Source of the DNA: Squalus acanthias
Taxonomy: Eukaryota
Direction of reading: 5' to 3'
Length of the DNA: 64,000 bases
Assembly (NCBI GenBank): GCA_030390025.1
Contig: JASTWF010000109.1
Location: 682,001 to 746,000, forward strand
Position 1 is the first letter of the stretch, and each line of letters starts with the position of its first letter. Below are positions 36,264-51,166 of this stretch, piece by piece. The notes under the pieces are model-generated. The model searched no databases. It was not told the DNA's origin and was given only the letters and a program-made list of their open reading frames with translations. Made by a program: the position numbers and the translations under genes.

Positions 36264-38065
36264 CTCCGTATTCACTGTCACATCAATCACACCCAGGACA
36301 GGTACAGCACGGGTTAGATACAGATTAAACGTGCCTCTAAACTGTCACAGCAATTACTCCCAGGGCAGGGAGAGCATGGTTTAAAACCATTGTAATGTAC
36401 CTTCTAAACTGTCCCATCAAACACTCTCAGGGCAGGTGCAGCAAAGGTTAAATGCAGAGTAAAGCTCCCTCTAAACTATCCCATCAAACACTCACAGGGC
36501 AGGTACAGCAAGGGTTAGAAACAGAGTGATCGTCACTCTAAATTTTCCAATCAATCACGCCCAGGGCAGGGCAGCACGTGTTAGATACAGATTAAAGGTC
36601 CCTTAATCTGTCCCAGCTATCACTCCGAGACAGGGAGAGCACGGGTTAAATACAAAGTAAACGTAACTCTACACTGTCCCAAGAACATTACCAGGGAAGG
36701 TATAGCGCGTGTTAGATACATAGCAATGGTCCATCTAATCGGACCCATCACGCATTGCCAGGGCGGGAACAGCAAGGGTTAGATCCAGAGTAAAGGTCCC
36801 ACTAAATTGTCCCATCAATCACTCCCAGGGCAAGGAGAGCAAGGTTTAAATACATAGTAATGGACCTTCTAACCTATCCCATCAAACAATCCCAGGGCAG
36901 CTGCAGCGAAGATTAGAAAAAGAGTAAAGCTCCATCTGCACTGTCCCATCAAACACTCCCAGGGCAGGTACTGCAAGGGTTAGATGCAGAGTGAAGGCCC
37001 CTCTAAACTGCCCAATCAATCACTCCCAGGGCAGCGACAGCATGTGTTAGATACAGAGTAAAGGTCCCTCTAAACTGTCCCAGCAATCACTCCCAGGGAA
37101 GGGGAGCACGAGTTTACTAAACAGAAAAGATGACTCTAAACTGTTCCTCCAAACACTTCCAGGTTAGCAACAGCACGTATTAGATACAGAGTAAAGGTCC
37201 AAGTAAACTGACACATCAATCACTCCCAGGGCAGGGACAGCACGGGTTAGATACAGAGTAAATCTCCCTCTACACTGTCCTATCCAAAATTCCGAGGGCA
37301 GTAATCGCACGGGTTAGATACATCGTAAAGGTCCCTCTACACTATCCGATTAAACACTTTCAGGGCATGTACAGCAAAGGTTAGATACAGAATAAAGGTC
37401 CGTATAAACTGTCACATCAATCGCTCCTTGGGTAGGGACAGCACGAGTTAGATACAGATTAAAGTTCCCACTACACTGTCCCATCAAGCACTCCCAGCGC
37501 AGGAACTGCAGCTATTAGATACAGAATAAAGCTCCCTCTTCACTGTCCCGACAATGACTCCCAGGTCAGTGATAGAAGGGGTGAAATACATAGTAACGGT
37601 TCCTCTGAGCTGTCCCATCAAGCACTCCCAGGGCAGGAACTGCAACGATTAGATACAGACTAAATGTCCCTCTAAACTGTCCCATCAATAACTCCCCGGG
37701 ATGGGGGGGGGCACGGGTTACAACAGAGTAAATCACCCTCTAAACTGTCCCAGCAGTCACTCCCAGTGCAGGGACAGCACGGGTTAAATACATAGCAATG
37801 GACCCTCTAAACAGTCTCATCAAACACTCCCAGGGCACTTAGCGCTCGTGTTAGATACAGAGAAAAAGGTCCCACTGCATTGTCCCATCCAACACTGCCA
37901 TGGAAAGTACAGCATTTGTTAGGTCACGAATAAATCAAGCACTCCCATGGAAGGTATAGCACGGGTTAGTTAAAGAATAAAGCACACTTTTCACTATCCA
38001 ATCAAACTCTCCCAGAGCAGTTACAGCACGTGTTAGATACAGAGTAAAGATCCCGCTAAAGACAA
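36264..38065 (+). repeat. 67-bp satellite array
   Basis: Continuous diverged units. Confidence 0.92.
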
Positions 38066-38739
38066 TGACCCATTCTTTAGAGGAAAGACAGGAGGTGCGA
38101 ATGAAGAGAGAGGCAGAGACGGCGCGGATATAGGGAATTTTCACAAACACATTTGCTTTGAGGCTATGTACGGTGACTGGAAGGAATCTTTTCTCATTCT
38201 GTCCCTGGATATCATCTTTACTTTATTTTCCTCTAACTTTGAGAAATGTCCCAACAATCAATAGTTGCTTGAATCCGTTGGGGCATTTGCATTTCACTCT
38301 CTCTATTTCTGTGCTGTGTTTGTGGGGAAACGTTTATTCTGTTTCTGTCGCTCAATGCTCTAATCTGGGACTTCTATTTCTGTGTTTATTTACATAAACG
38401 CCTCAATGGTTTCCATGAATTGAACACGGCAGCAAAACCAGGTCAACAAAGTCACTTATTGATTGGTTTCAACTCACAACAAGGGTTTATTTTAAGAATA
38501 TTGACAGTTAGTACGGAATGAATAGAAATATCTCGAAGATTGCCATCGGTTCCAGTTTTGTTCAATAAGAACAGATGTGATTTATATCAAAGGGAAAAAT
38601 ATTAAAATTAAAAATTCAGTTCTGAAAATTCTGCTGAAAAAATCAATGGGACATCTCTGAACAGGCTGGTATTTCACTGGATGTACATTTCGCGGAAGCT
38701 TCAAGCCATTTAAACTAAACAAGTTAAGATAGTGACCAG

Positions 38740-39474
38740 AGGATTTGGGGTAATATAGTAACATGGAGAGAGGATAGGTTAACGGACAAAAACAGAGAGT
38801 AAGGATAAACGGGTCTGTTTCCGGTAACAGGTTGTATCTAGTGGGAAGCCGCAAGATTCAGTGCTGGGGCCTCAGCTATTTACAATCTATATTAATTAAC
38901 CTCGATGAACGGACAGAGTGTAATGTATCCAAGTATGCTGATGATACAAAGCTAGGTGGGACAGTAAGCTGTGAGGAAAACACAAATAATCTGTAAAGGG
39001 ATATAGATAGACTAATTGAGTGGGCAATAAAGTGTCACTTGGCGTGTAATGTAAGGAAATTAGAGCTTATTCATATTGGTAGGTAGAATAGGAAAACAGA
39101 ATATTTTTAAATTGATGAGGATCATTTAAATGTGGATGTACAGAGAGATGTGGGTGTCCCCGTGCAAAAACACAGAAAGTTAGCATGCAGGTACAGCAAG
39201 CAATACGGAAGGCAAATTACATGTTGGCCTTTAATGCAAGGAGGTTGGAGTATAAGAGTAAGGAATTCTTGCTACAATTGTACAGGGCCTTGTTGAGACC
39301 ACACCTGGAGTACTGTGCACAGTTTTGGTTTCCTTATCTAAGGAAGGATATACTTGCATTCGAGGCGGTGCAACGAAGGTTCACTAGATTGATTCCTTGC
39401 ATGAGTGGGCTGTCCTATGATGAGATATTCTGTAGAATGGGCCTATATTCGCTGGAGTTTAGAAGAATGAGAGG
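38740..39474 (+). mobile_element. CR1 RT/C-terminal fragment (duplicated at 58240-58955)
   Basis: MQVQQAIRKAN..LYRALLRPHLEYCAQFW. Confidence 0.85.
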
Positions 39475-40245
39475 TCGTCTGATGGCCTGCTCTTCTACAC
39501 ACTTTATGGAAGCAGGGTTGGTCCCCTGGCTTGGTGTTAATGGTAGAGTGAGGGATATACCGGGCCATGAGGTGACAGAATGTGGTGGAGTAAAATTCTG
39601 CTGCTTCTGATGGCCCACAGCTCCTCATGGATTCCCAGTTTTGAGCTGCGAGATATGTCCTGAAAATATCCCATTTAGCACGATGGTAGTGCCGCACAAC
39701 ACGATGGAGGGTGTCCTCAGTGTGAAGACGGGAATTCGTCTCCACAATGAATGTGCCGAAGTCACTTCTACTAATACTGTCATGGAAAGATGCATCTGCA
39801 ACAGGTAAATTTGTGAGGACGTGTTCAAATAGGTTTTTCCCTCGTGTTGGTTTTCTCACGACCTGAAGCAGGCTCAGACTGGCAGTTATGTCCTTCAGGA
39901 CTCGGCCAGCTCGGTCAGTAGTGGTGCTACTGAGCCACTCTTGATGATGGACATTGAAGACCCACACCAAGACTACATTCTGAGCCCTTGCTACTCTCAG
40001 CTTTTTCTTCCAAGTGGTGTTCAACATGGATATTTATTGATTCATCAGCTGAGGGAGGGCGGTAGGTGGTAATCAGCAGAAGGTTTTTTTTCCCCAATGC
40101 TTGACCAGAAGTCATGAGACTTCATGGGGCCCGGAGTCAATTTTGAGGACTCCCAGGGCCACTCCTTCCCGACTGTATAAAACTGTGACATCATTCCTGG
40201 TGGGTCTGCCCTTCCGCTGGGACATGACATACCAAGGCATGGTGC
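39475..40245 (-). mobile_element. Non-LTR retrotransposon APE-endonuclease fragment of a different family (duplicated at 58956-59725)
   Basis: LLITTYRPPS, FNVHHQEWLSSTTTDRAG, QVVRKPTRGKN..VLTN and SD motifs. Confidence 0.8.
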
Positions 40246-40254
40246 TGGAGGAGA

Positions 40255-43200
40255 TTGGGACATCATTGATGGAACAATAGTATTCCCTCCAACTGCTCCA
40301 TCAAACTCTCCAGGGAAATTACAGCCCAAGTTAGCAACAGGGTGAAGCTCCCTCTACACTGACTGTTCAAACATTCCCAGCGCAGGTACTGCGCTGGTTT
40401 GATGCAGAGTAAAACTATCTCCATACTGTATATTCGAACACTCGCATGGTAGACTCCGAACAGGTTGGATACAGAGTAAAGCTCCCTCTACTCTGCAACC
40501 TCAAACACTCCCAGCGCTGGTACAGCACGGATTAGATACAGAGTAAAGATCCTTCTGCATTTACTCTTCAAACACTCCCAGGGCAGGTACTGGATGCAAT
40601 ATGTACAGAGTAAAGCAAACTCTGCACTGTCCCATCCAACACTCAAAGGGCAGATACAGCATGATTTAAGTCCAGAATAAAATTCCGTCTACACTGTCCC
40701 ATCAAACACTCCCAGGTCAGGTAAATCACGGGTTAGATACAGAGTAAAGCTCATTCTACATTATGGCACCAAACACTCCCCGTGCAAGTACAGCACGGAT
40801 TAAATTCAAAGTAAAGCTCCCCCTTCACTGTCCCAGAATACATTCCAAGGGCATGGACAGCACGGACAAGATACAGAGTAAATATCCCTCGACACTGGTC
40901 CAAACAACTCTCCCCGTGCAGTTCCAGCACCTGTTATTTACAGATTAAAGCTCCTTCTACACCCTGCCATGAAACAATCCCAGTGCAATGTACAGTACAG
41001 GTTAGATAAAGAGTAAAGTTCAATCTAAACTTTCCCATCAAACACTTCCAGGGAATGTACAGCACGTGTCAGTTACAGAGTAAAGCTCCCGCTACTGTGT
41101 CCCATTCAACACTGCCAAGGAATGTACAGAAACTGTTCGTTAAAGAATAAATCAAGAATTCCCATGGAAGTTACAGCAAGGGTTAGATACATAGTAAAGC
41201 TCCCTCTACACTTCCCATCAAACAAACCCAGGGCAGGTGCAGCACGAATTAGTTACATAGTAAAGCTCCCTCTGCACTGTCCCATCAATTACTCATAGGG
41301 CTGTTACAGCATGGGTTAGATACACAGTAAAGCTCCCTCTACACTGCCCCATCAAACACTCCCAGCGCAGCAACAGCACTGACTAGATACAGTGGAAATC
41401 TCCATCTACACTGTGCCATCAACATTCACTGGGCATGGACAGCATGGGTTAGATAAAGTGTAAAGCATCCCTCTGCACTGTTCTATCCAACACTCCCAGG
41501 GCAGGAACAGCAAGGGTTAGATACAGAGTAAAGGTCCCACTAAACTGTCCCATCAATCACTCCCAGGCAGGGACAGCATGGTATAAATACACAGTAACGG
41601 TCCCTCTAAACCGTTCCATCAAACATTCCCAGAGCAGGTAAAGCAAAGGTTTGATACAGAGATACTCACCCTCTACACTGTCACAAAAAAACACCCAGGG
41701 CAGGTACAGAAAGTGTTAGATACAGAGGATAGCTCCCTCTAAACTGACCTATCAATCACACCCAAGGCAGGAACAGCACGGGTTACATACAGTGTAAAGC
41801 AGCCCTCTACATTCCACAGCAAGGGTTAGATAAAGAGGAAAGCTTCCTGTTCACTGCCCCATCAATCACTCCAAGGGGAGGTACAGCACGGGGTAGTTAC
41901 GGAGTAAAGGTCCCTCTAAACTGCCCCAAGAATCACTGCCAGGGTAGGGATAGCAAGAGTTAAATACATAGGAAAGCTCCCTCTAAACTGCCCTATTAAA
42001 TGCCCCCAGGCCAGGTACAGCAGATGTTCGATACAGAGTAACAGATACTCTAAACTTTACCATCAATCACTCCCAGGGCAGGGACAGCAAGGGATTGATA
42101 AAGAGTAAAGTGGAAAGCTCGCTATACAATGTCCCATCAAACACTCACAGGGCAGTTACAGAAAGTGTTAGATATAGAGTAAAGGTCCCTAACACTGTCC
42201 CAGCAGTCACTCCCAGGGCAGGTACAGCACGGATTAGATACAGAGTAAAGGTCATTCTAAAATGTCCAATCAGTCACTCCCAGGGCAGGGAAAGCATTGG
42301 TTAAATACATAATAAAGGTCCCTCTAAACTGTCCGATCAATCAATCCCAAAGTTGGGACAACATGGTGTAAAAAGACAGTAATGGTCCCTCTAAACAATC
42401 CCAGGGTAGGTAGAGCAAAGGTTAGATCGAGAGTAAATCTAACTCTACACTATCCCAACAAACACTCCCAGGGCAGGTACAGCAAAGGTTAGATAGAGAT
42501 TAAAGATACATCTAAACTCACCCAACAATCAAAGCCATGGTAGGGTTAGCATGTGTTAAATACATAGTAAAGTTCCCTCTAAACTGTCCAATCAAATGCT
42601 CCCAGGGCAGGTACAGCACATGTTGGAAAAAGTGTAAAGCTCACTCTGAACTGTCCCATCCAACACTCCCAGGAAAGTTACAGCAATTTTTAGACACAGA
42701 TTTAATGTCCCTCAAATCTGTCCCATCAATCGTATTCAGGGCACAGATAGCACTGGTTAAATACACAGTGAGGTTCTCTCTAAACAGTCCCATCAATCGC
42801 TCCCAAGGCAGGGACAGCACGTGTTTGATGCAGCGTAAATCTCGTTCTACACTTTCCCTTCAAACACTCCTAGGGCAGGTACAGCAAAGGCTAGATACAG
42901 AGTAAATCTCGCTCTAAACTGTCACATCAAACAGTCCTAGGTCAGGTACAGCAAGGGTTAGATACAGAGTGAATGTCCCTCTAAACTGTCCCTTCAATCA
43001 CTCCCAGGACAGGGACAGCAAGTGTTAGAAACAGAGAAAAGGTCCCTCTAAACAGTCCCATCAATCACTCCCAGGGCAGCAATGGCTCGTGTAAGATACT
43101 GAGTAAATGTCCCTCTAATCTGTCCCAGGACTCACTCCCAAGGCAGGGACAGTACGTGTTAGATACAGAGCAAAGTTCCCTCTACACTGTCTCATCAAAC

Positions 43201-46200
43201 ACTCCCAGGGCAGGTACAGCAAAGATTAGAATCAGAGTAAAGGTACGTCTTATCTGTCCCATCAATCACTCCCAGGGAAGGGACAGCACGTGTTCGATAC
43301 AGAATAAAGGCCGCTCTAAACGGTCCCATCAATCACTCCGAGAGCAGGGACAGCAAAGCTTAGATATAGATTAAAGCTCGCTATTCACTGTCACATCAAA
43401 CAGTCCCAAAGCAGGTACAGCAATGGTTAGATACAGAGTATAGGTCCAAGAAACTGTCCCATCAATCACTCACATGGCAGGGACAGCACGTGTTAGATTC
43501 AGAATAAAGTTCCCACTAAAATGTCGCAGCAATCACTCCCAGGGCAGCGACAGACCTGTATAAATACAGAGTAAAGGTGCCTCTAAACTGTCCCTGGGCA
43601 GGGTTAGCATGGGTTAGATACAGAGTAAAACTCCCTCTGCACTTTCCCATCAAAAACTCCCAGGGCAGGGATAGCACGTGTTAGATACAGAATAAAACTC
43701 CCTCTAAACTGTCCCATCAAACACTCCCAGGGCCGGGACAGCACGGGTTTGATAGACCACAAATCACCCCCTACACATTCACATCAATCTATCTCAGGGC
43801 AAGTACAGCAAATATTAGATACAGAGTAAAGCACCATCTACATTGTCAAATCAAACACTCCTAGGGCAGGTACAGCAAACGTTAGATACTGATTGAAGGA
43901 CCCTCTAAACTGTCCCATCAAACACTCCCGGGGCATGTACAGCAAAGGTTAGACATAGAGTAAAGCTCGCTCAAAACTGTCACATCAAACATTCAAAGGG
44001 CAGGTGCAGAAAGGGTCAGATACAGAATAAATGTCACTCTAAATTGTCCCATCAATCACTCCCAGGGCAGGGACAGCACGTGTTAGATACAGAGAAAAGA
44101 TCCCTCGAAACTGTCCCATCAATCAGTCCCAGGGCAGGAATGGCACGTGTAAGATACAGAGTAAATGTCCCTCTTAACTGTCCCATCAATCACTCCCAGG
44201 GCAGGTACAGCAAGTGTTTGATACAGAGCAAAGTTCCCTCTACACTGTCCTATCAAACAATCCCAGCGCAGGTAGAGCAAGTTTTAGAATCAGAGTAAAG
44301 GCACTTGTTAACTGTCTGATCAATCACTCCCAGGGCAGGGACAGCACGGGATTGATACAGCATAAATCGTCCTCTACACTGTCCCATCAATCACTCCCAA
44401 GGCAGAGACAGCACGTGTTTGATATAATCCAAATGTCCTTCCTATCTGTACCAGCAATCACTCCCAGGGCAGGGAGAGCAGGGGTTAAATATATAGTAAA
44501 CGTCACTCTAAACTGTCCCACCAAACACTCCCAGGGAGGTGCAGCACGTGTTAGATACAGAGTAAATATCCCTCTGAACTGTCCCATCAATCACTCCCAG
44601 GGCAGTGACAGCACGGGTAAGATACAGAGTAAATCTCCCTCTACACTTTACCATCAAACACTCCCAGGGCAGGTACAGCAAGGGTTAGAGACAGAGTAAT
44701 GCTCCCTCTACACTTTTCTATTGAACACTCCCAGGGCAGGGACAGCAAGATTTGGATAAAGCATAAAGCCGCCTCTACACTGTCCATCAAACACTTCCAG
44801 GGCAGGTCCAGCAAGTGTTACATACAGAGTAAAGTTCTCTCTGAACTGTCCCAACAGTAACTCCCAGGGCAGTGACAGCACGGTTGAAATACAAATAATG
44901 ATCCCCCTAAACTGTCCCATCAAACGCTCTTAGGGCAGGTACAGCTAGGGTTAGAGACAGAGTAATGCTCCTTCTACACTTTTCCATTTGAACACTCCCA
45001 GGGCAGGTAAAGCAAAGGATAGATAAAGAGTATAGCTCCATCTACACTGTCCCATTAAACACTCCCATTTCAGGTAAAACAAGGGTGAGAATCAGAGTAA
45101 AGTTACCTGTTACCTGTCCCATCATTCACTCCCAGGGCAGGCACAGCAAGTGTTAGATACAGAATAAAGGCCCCTCTAAACAGTCCCATCAATCACTCCG
45201 AGAGCAGGGACAGCAAAGCTTAGATATAGAGTAAAGCTCGGTGTACACTTTCAGATCAAACAATCCCAGGGCAGGTACAGCAAGGGTTATATACAGAGTA
45301 AAGGTGCATCTAAACAGTCCCATCAATCATTCCCAGGGCAGAAAAAGCACGTGTTAGATTCGCAGTAAACTTCGTTCTAAACTCTCCCAGCAATCAATCC
45401 CAGGGCAGCAACAGACCTGTATAAATACATAGTAAATCTACCTCTAAACTGACCTTGGGCAGGGTTAATGGGTTAGATACAGAGTACATCGCCCTCTACA
45501 ATTTCCCATCAAACACTCCCATGGCAGGGGCAGCACGTGTTAGATACAGATAAATTTCCCTCTAAACTGTCCCAGCCATCACTCCCAAGGGCAGGCACAG
45601 CACTGATTAAATGCATAGTAAATGTCCCTATATACTGTCGCATCGACCACTCCCAGGGCAGGTGCAGCACGTGTTTGATACAGAGTAAATGTCCCTCTAG
45701 ACTGTCCCCTCAATCACTCCGAGGGCCGGGACAGCACGGGTTTGATACAGCCTAAATCTCCCTCCACACTGTCCAATCAATCTCTCGCAGGACAAGTACA
45801 GCAAAGGATAGATATATAGTAAAGCACTCTCTACACTGTCAAATCAAACACTCCCAGGGCAGGTACTGCAAACGTTAGATACAGATTGAAGGTTCCTCTA
45901 AACTGTCCCATCAATCACTCCCAGGGCAGGGACAGCACGTGTTAGATACAGAGTAAAGGTCCCAATAAACAATCCCATAAATTACTCCCAGGGCAGGGAC
46001 AACACGGGTGAGATACAGCGTAAAGCTTCCTCTAAACTGTCCCATCAATCACTCCCAGGGCAGGGACAGCACGTTCTAGATACAGTGTAAAGTTCCCTCT
46101 AAACTGTCCCAGCAATCACTCCCAGGGCAGGGAGAGCACGGGCTAAATACATAGTAAATGTCACTCTAAACTATCCCAGCAAACAGTCCCAGGGAGGTGC

Positions 46201-49200
46201 AGCAAGTGTTAGATACAGAGTAACTGTCCCTCTAAACTGTCCCATCAATCACACCCAGCGCAGGGACAGCACGGGTTAGATACAGAGTATATCTCCCTCT
46301 ATACTGTCCCATCAAACACTCCCAGGGAAGGTACAGCAAGAGTTAGATTCATAATAAAGATCCCTTGACACTTTTCTATTGAACACTCCAAGGGCAGGTA
46401 CAGCAAGAGTTGGATATGACTAAAGCTCCCTCTGCGCTGTCCATCAAACACTCCCAGGGCAGGTACAGCATGTGTTAGACACAGAGTAAAGCTCCCACTA
46501 AACTGTCCAATCAAACACGCCGAGGGCAAGCACAGCAAGTGTTAGAAACAGAGTAAATGTCCCTCTAAACTGCCCCATCAATCGCTCCCAGGGCAGGTAC
46601 AGCACGCGTAAAATACATAGTAAAGTTCCCTCTAAGCTGTCCCATCAAACACTCCCAGGGCAGGTACAGCAAAATTTAGATACAGGGTAAAGTTCGCTCC
46701 ACAATGTCACATCAAACACTCTCAGGGCAGGTACAGCAAGGGTTAGATACAGAGTGAAGGTCCCTCAAATCTGTCCCATCAATCACTTCAAGGGCAGGGA
46801 CAGCACGTGTTAGATTCAGATTAAATGCCCCTCCCAGCAGTCCCAGCAATCACTCCCAGACCAGGGACAGCACGTGTTAGATACTGAGTAAATGCCCCTA
46901 TTAACTGTCCCATCAATCACTCCCAGGTCTGGGACAGCACTGTTTAAATACATTGTAAATGTCCCTTTATATTGTCACATCCATCAATCACAGGGCTGGG
47001 ACTGCAGTGATTAGATACAGAGTGAATATCCGTCTAAACTGTCCCATTAATCACTTTGAGGGCAGGGACAGCACGTGTTAAATACAGAGTAAGGTCCCTC
47101 TAAACTGTCCCAGCAATCAATCCCAGGGCAGAGACTGCAGTGATTAGATACAGCGTTAGCGCCCTCTAAACTGTCCCATCAATCGCTCCCTGTGCAGGTA
47201 CAACAAGTGTTAGATACAGAGTAAAGGTCCCTCTAAACGTTGCCAGCAATCACTACCAGGTCTGGCACAGAACTGGATAAATACAGAGTAAAGGTCCCTC
47301 GAAACTGTCCCAACAATCACTCCCTGGGTAGGTACAGCAAGTGTTACATACAGAGTAAAGGTCCCTCTAAATTGTGCCAGCAATCACTCCCAGGTCTGGC
47401 ACAGATCTGGTTAAATACAGAGTAAAGATACCACTAAACTGTGCCAGCAATCACTCCCAGGTCTGGCACAGATCTGGTTAAATATAGAGTAAAGGTTCCT
47501 CTAAACTGTCCCATCAAACACTCCCAGGGCAGGTGCAGCACGTTTTAGATACAGAAAAAATGACCCGCTAAACTGTCCCATTAATCACTCAAAGGACAGG
47601 GACGTCACGGGTTAGATACAGATTATATCTCCCGCTACACTTTCCCATGAGACACTGCCAGGGCAGGTACAGCAAGGGTTAGATGCAGAGTACAGCTCCA
47701 TCCAAACTGCCACATCAATCACTCCCAGGGCAGTGTAGCACGTGTTAGATACAGAGTAATGTTCCCTCTAAACTGTCCCATCAAACACTCTCAGGACAGG
47801 GACAGCAGGTGTTAGATAGCGAATAAAGGTCCGTCCAAACGGTACCATCAATCGCTCTCAGCGCAGGGAGAGCAAGGGTTAGATACAGCGCTAATCTCCC
47901 TCTAAACAGTCCCATCAATCAGTCGCAGGCCAGGGACAGCACATGTTAGATACAGAGAAAATATCCCTCTACACTTTCCCATCTCACACACCCAGGGCAG
48001 GTACAGCAAGTGTTAGATACAGAGTAAAGCATCACTGTACACAGCCCCATCAAATGCACCCAGGACAGGAACAGAAAGAGTAAGATACAGGGTTAAGGTC
48101 CCTCTAAACTATCCAAACTCTGACTCCCAGGGCAGCGACAGCATGGTTTAATACATAGTAATGGTCCCTCGAAACTGTCCGGTCAAACACTCGCTGGGCA
48201 GCTACAGCACGGGTTAGGTACTGAGTAAAGGTCCCACTACACTATCCCGTCAAATTCTCCGAGGGCAGTTACAGAAAGGGTTAGATACAGAGTAAATCTC
48301 CCTCTACGCTTTCCCATCAAGCACTGCCAGTGCAGGTAGAGCAAGGGTTATATACTGATAAAAGCTCCCTGTTCACTGACCCATCAATCACTCCCAGGGC
48401 AGGGAGTGCAGGTGTGAGATAAAAAGTAAAAGTCACTCCAAACTGTCCCATTAATCACTCCCAGGGCATCTACAGCACGGGTTTGATACGGTGTAAATAA
48501 CCCTCTTCTCGGTCCCATCATTCACTCCCAGGCCAGGGACAGCACGCGTTAGATACAGTGTAAATCTCTCTCTAAACTGTCCGATCAATCACAGTCAGGG
48601 CAGGTATAGCAAGGGTTAAATACATTGTAAAGTACCCACTAAACAGTCCAATCAAATGCTCCCAGGTCTTATAAAGCACATGTTAGATACAGAGTAACAG
48701 TACCTCGAAACAGTTCCAATTAACAACTCACAGGGCAGGTACAGCAAGGGTTTGATAAAGAGTAAAGCTCCCTCTAAACTGTCCCATCAAACACTCCAAG
48801 GGCAGGTACAGCACGTGTTAGATACAGCGTAAATCTCCATCTAAACTTTCCTATCAAACACTCCAAGAGCAGGTACAGCAAATGTTAGAATCAAAGCAAA
48901 GCTCCGTCTAAACTTTCCCTTCAAACACTCCCAGGGCAGCTACAGCAAAGGTTAGATACAGAGTAAAGCTCGCTCTACAATGTCACATCAAACACTCCTA
49001 GGGCAGGTACAGCAAGGTTTCGATACAGAGTGAAAGTCCCTCTAAACTGTCCCATCAATCACTTTCAGGGCAGGGACAACGCGTGTTAAATACATCGTAA
49101 AGGTCCCTCTAAACTGTCCCATCAATCAATCCCACAGCAGAGAATGCAGTGATTAGATACAGCGTTAGCCCCCTCAAAAATGTCCCATCAATCACTCCCT

Positions 49201-51166
49201 GGGCTGGGACAGCAAGTGTTAGCTACAGAGTAAAGGTCCCTCTAAAGTGTCCAATCAATCACTCCCAGAGCAGGGACAGCACTTGTTTCATATAGAGTAA
49301 AGGACCCTCTAAACTTTCCCATCAATCGCTCCCAGGGCAGGGACAGCACGGGTTTGATGCAGCGTAAATCTCCCTCGACACTTTCCCATCAAAAACTCCC
49401 AGAGCAGGTACAGCAAAGATTAGATATAGAATAAAGCTCGCTCTACACTGTCCCATCAATCATTCCCAGGGCAGGGAGACCACGGGTTTTGATACAGCGT
49501 AATTGTCCCTCTACACTTTCCCATCAAACACTCCCAGGGCAGCTACAGCAAAGGTTTGATACAGAGTAAAGCTCGCTCTACAATGTCACATCAAACACTC
49601 CTAGGGCAGGTACAGCAAGGGTTAGATACAGAGTGAAGGTCCCTATAAACTGTCCCATCAAACACTCCCAGGGCAGGAACAGCACGTGTTAGATACAGAA
49701 TAAAGGAAAATCTAAACTGACCCATCAATGACTCTCAGGGCTGGGACAGCACGGGTTTGATACAGTGAAGAGCATCCCTCTACACTATATCATCAAACAA
49801 TTTCAGGGCAGGATCAGAATGGGTTAGCTACAGAGTAAAGGCCCCTCTAAACTGTCCCAGCAATCACTCCCAGTGCAGGGTAGGCAAATGTTAGATACAG
49901 AGTAAAGGTCCCTCTAAACTGACCCATCAAACACTGCCAGGGCAGGATCAGAATGGGTTAGATGCAGAGTAAATCTCCCTCTAATCCTTTCCATCAAACA
50001 CTCCCAGGGCAGGTACAGCAAGGGTTAGATAAAGAGTAAAGGTCCTGAACTGTCCCAGCAATCACTCCGAGTGCAGGGACAGCGCTGGTTAAATACATAG
50101 TTAAATCCTTCTAACTATCCCATCCAACAGTCCCTTGGCAGGTGCAGCACGTTTTAGATACAGAATAAATGACCCGCTAAACTGTCCCATTAATCACACC
50201 CAGTACAGGGACGTCACGGGTTAGATACAGATTATATCTCCCGCTACACTTTCCCATGAAACACTGCCAGGGCAGGTACAGCAAGGGTAAGATACAGAGT
50301 AAATCTCCCTATACACTTTCCCATCAAGCACTGACAGTGCAAGTAGAGCAAGGGTTATATATAGAGTAAAGCTCCCTCTACACACTCCCATCAAACTCCC
50401 CCAGGGCAGGTATAGCAAGGGTTAGATACAATGTAAAGATCCCTTTTCACCGACCCATCAAACGCTCCCAGGTCAGGTACAGCAAGGGTTAGATACAGAG
50501 TACAGGTCCCATAAAACAGTCCCATCAATCACTCCCAGGGCAGCGACAGCGCGTGTTAGACATAGAGTAAAGTTCCCTCTACACTTTCCCATTAAACACT
50601 CCCACGGCAGGGACAGCACGGGTTTGATACAGAGTAATGTTCCCTCTAAACTGTCCGGTCAAACACTCGCAAGGCAGCTACAGCACGGGTTAGGTACAGA
50701 GTAAATGTCCCTCTAACTGTCCCATTGATCACTCCCAGGGCAGAGACAGCACGGATTAGATGCAGATTCAATCTCCCTGTACACTTTCCCATCAAACATC
50801 ATCAAGGCAGTTATAGCAAGGGTTCGATACAAATAAAAGCTCCCTGTTCACTGTCCCATCAATCACTCCCAGGGCAGGGAGTGCAGATGTTAGATACAGA
50901 GTAAAAGTCCATCCAAACTTCCCCATTAATCACTCCCAGGGCAGCTACAGCACGGGTTTGATACAGAGTAAATGACCCTCTTATCTGTCCCATCAATCAC
51001 TCCCAGGGCAGGGACAGCACGCGTTAGATACAGAGTAAATCTCCATCTAAACTGTCTCATCAATCAAAGTCAGGGCAGGTATAGCAAGGGTTAAATACAT
51101 AATAATGTTCCCTCTAAACAGACCCATCAAACGCTCCCAGCTCATGTACAGCACATGTTAGATACA
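40255..51166 (+). repeat. Large 67-bp satellite array (~10.9 kb)
   Basis: Continuous diverged units with internal higher-order duplications. Confidence 0.95.
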
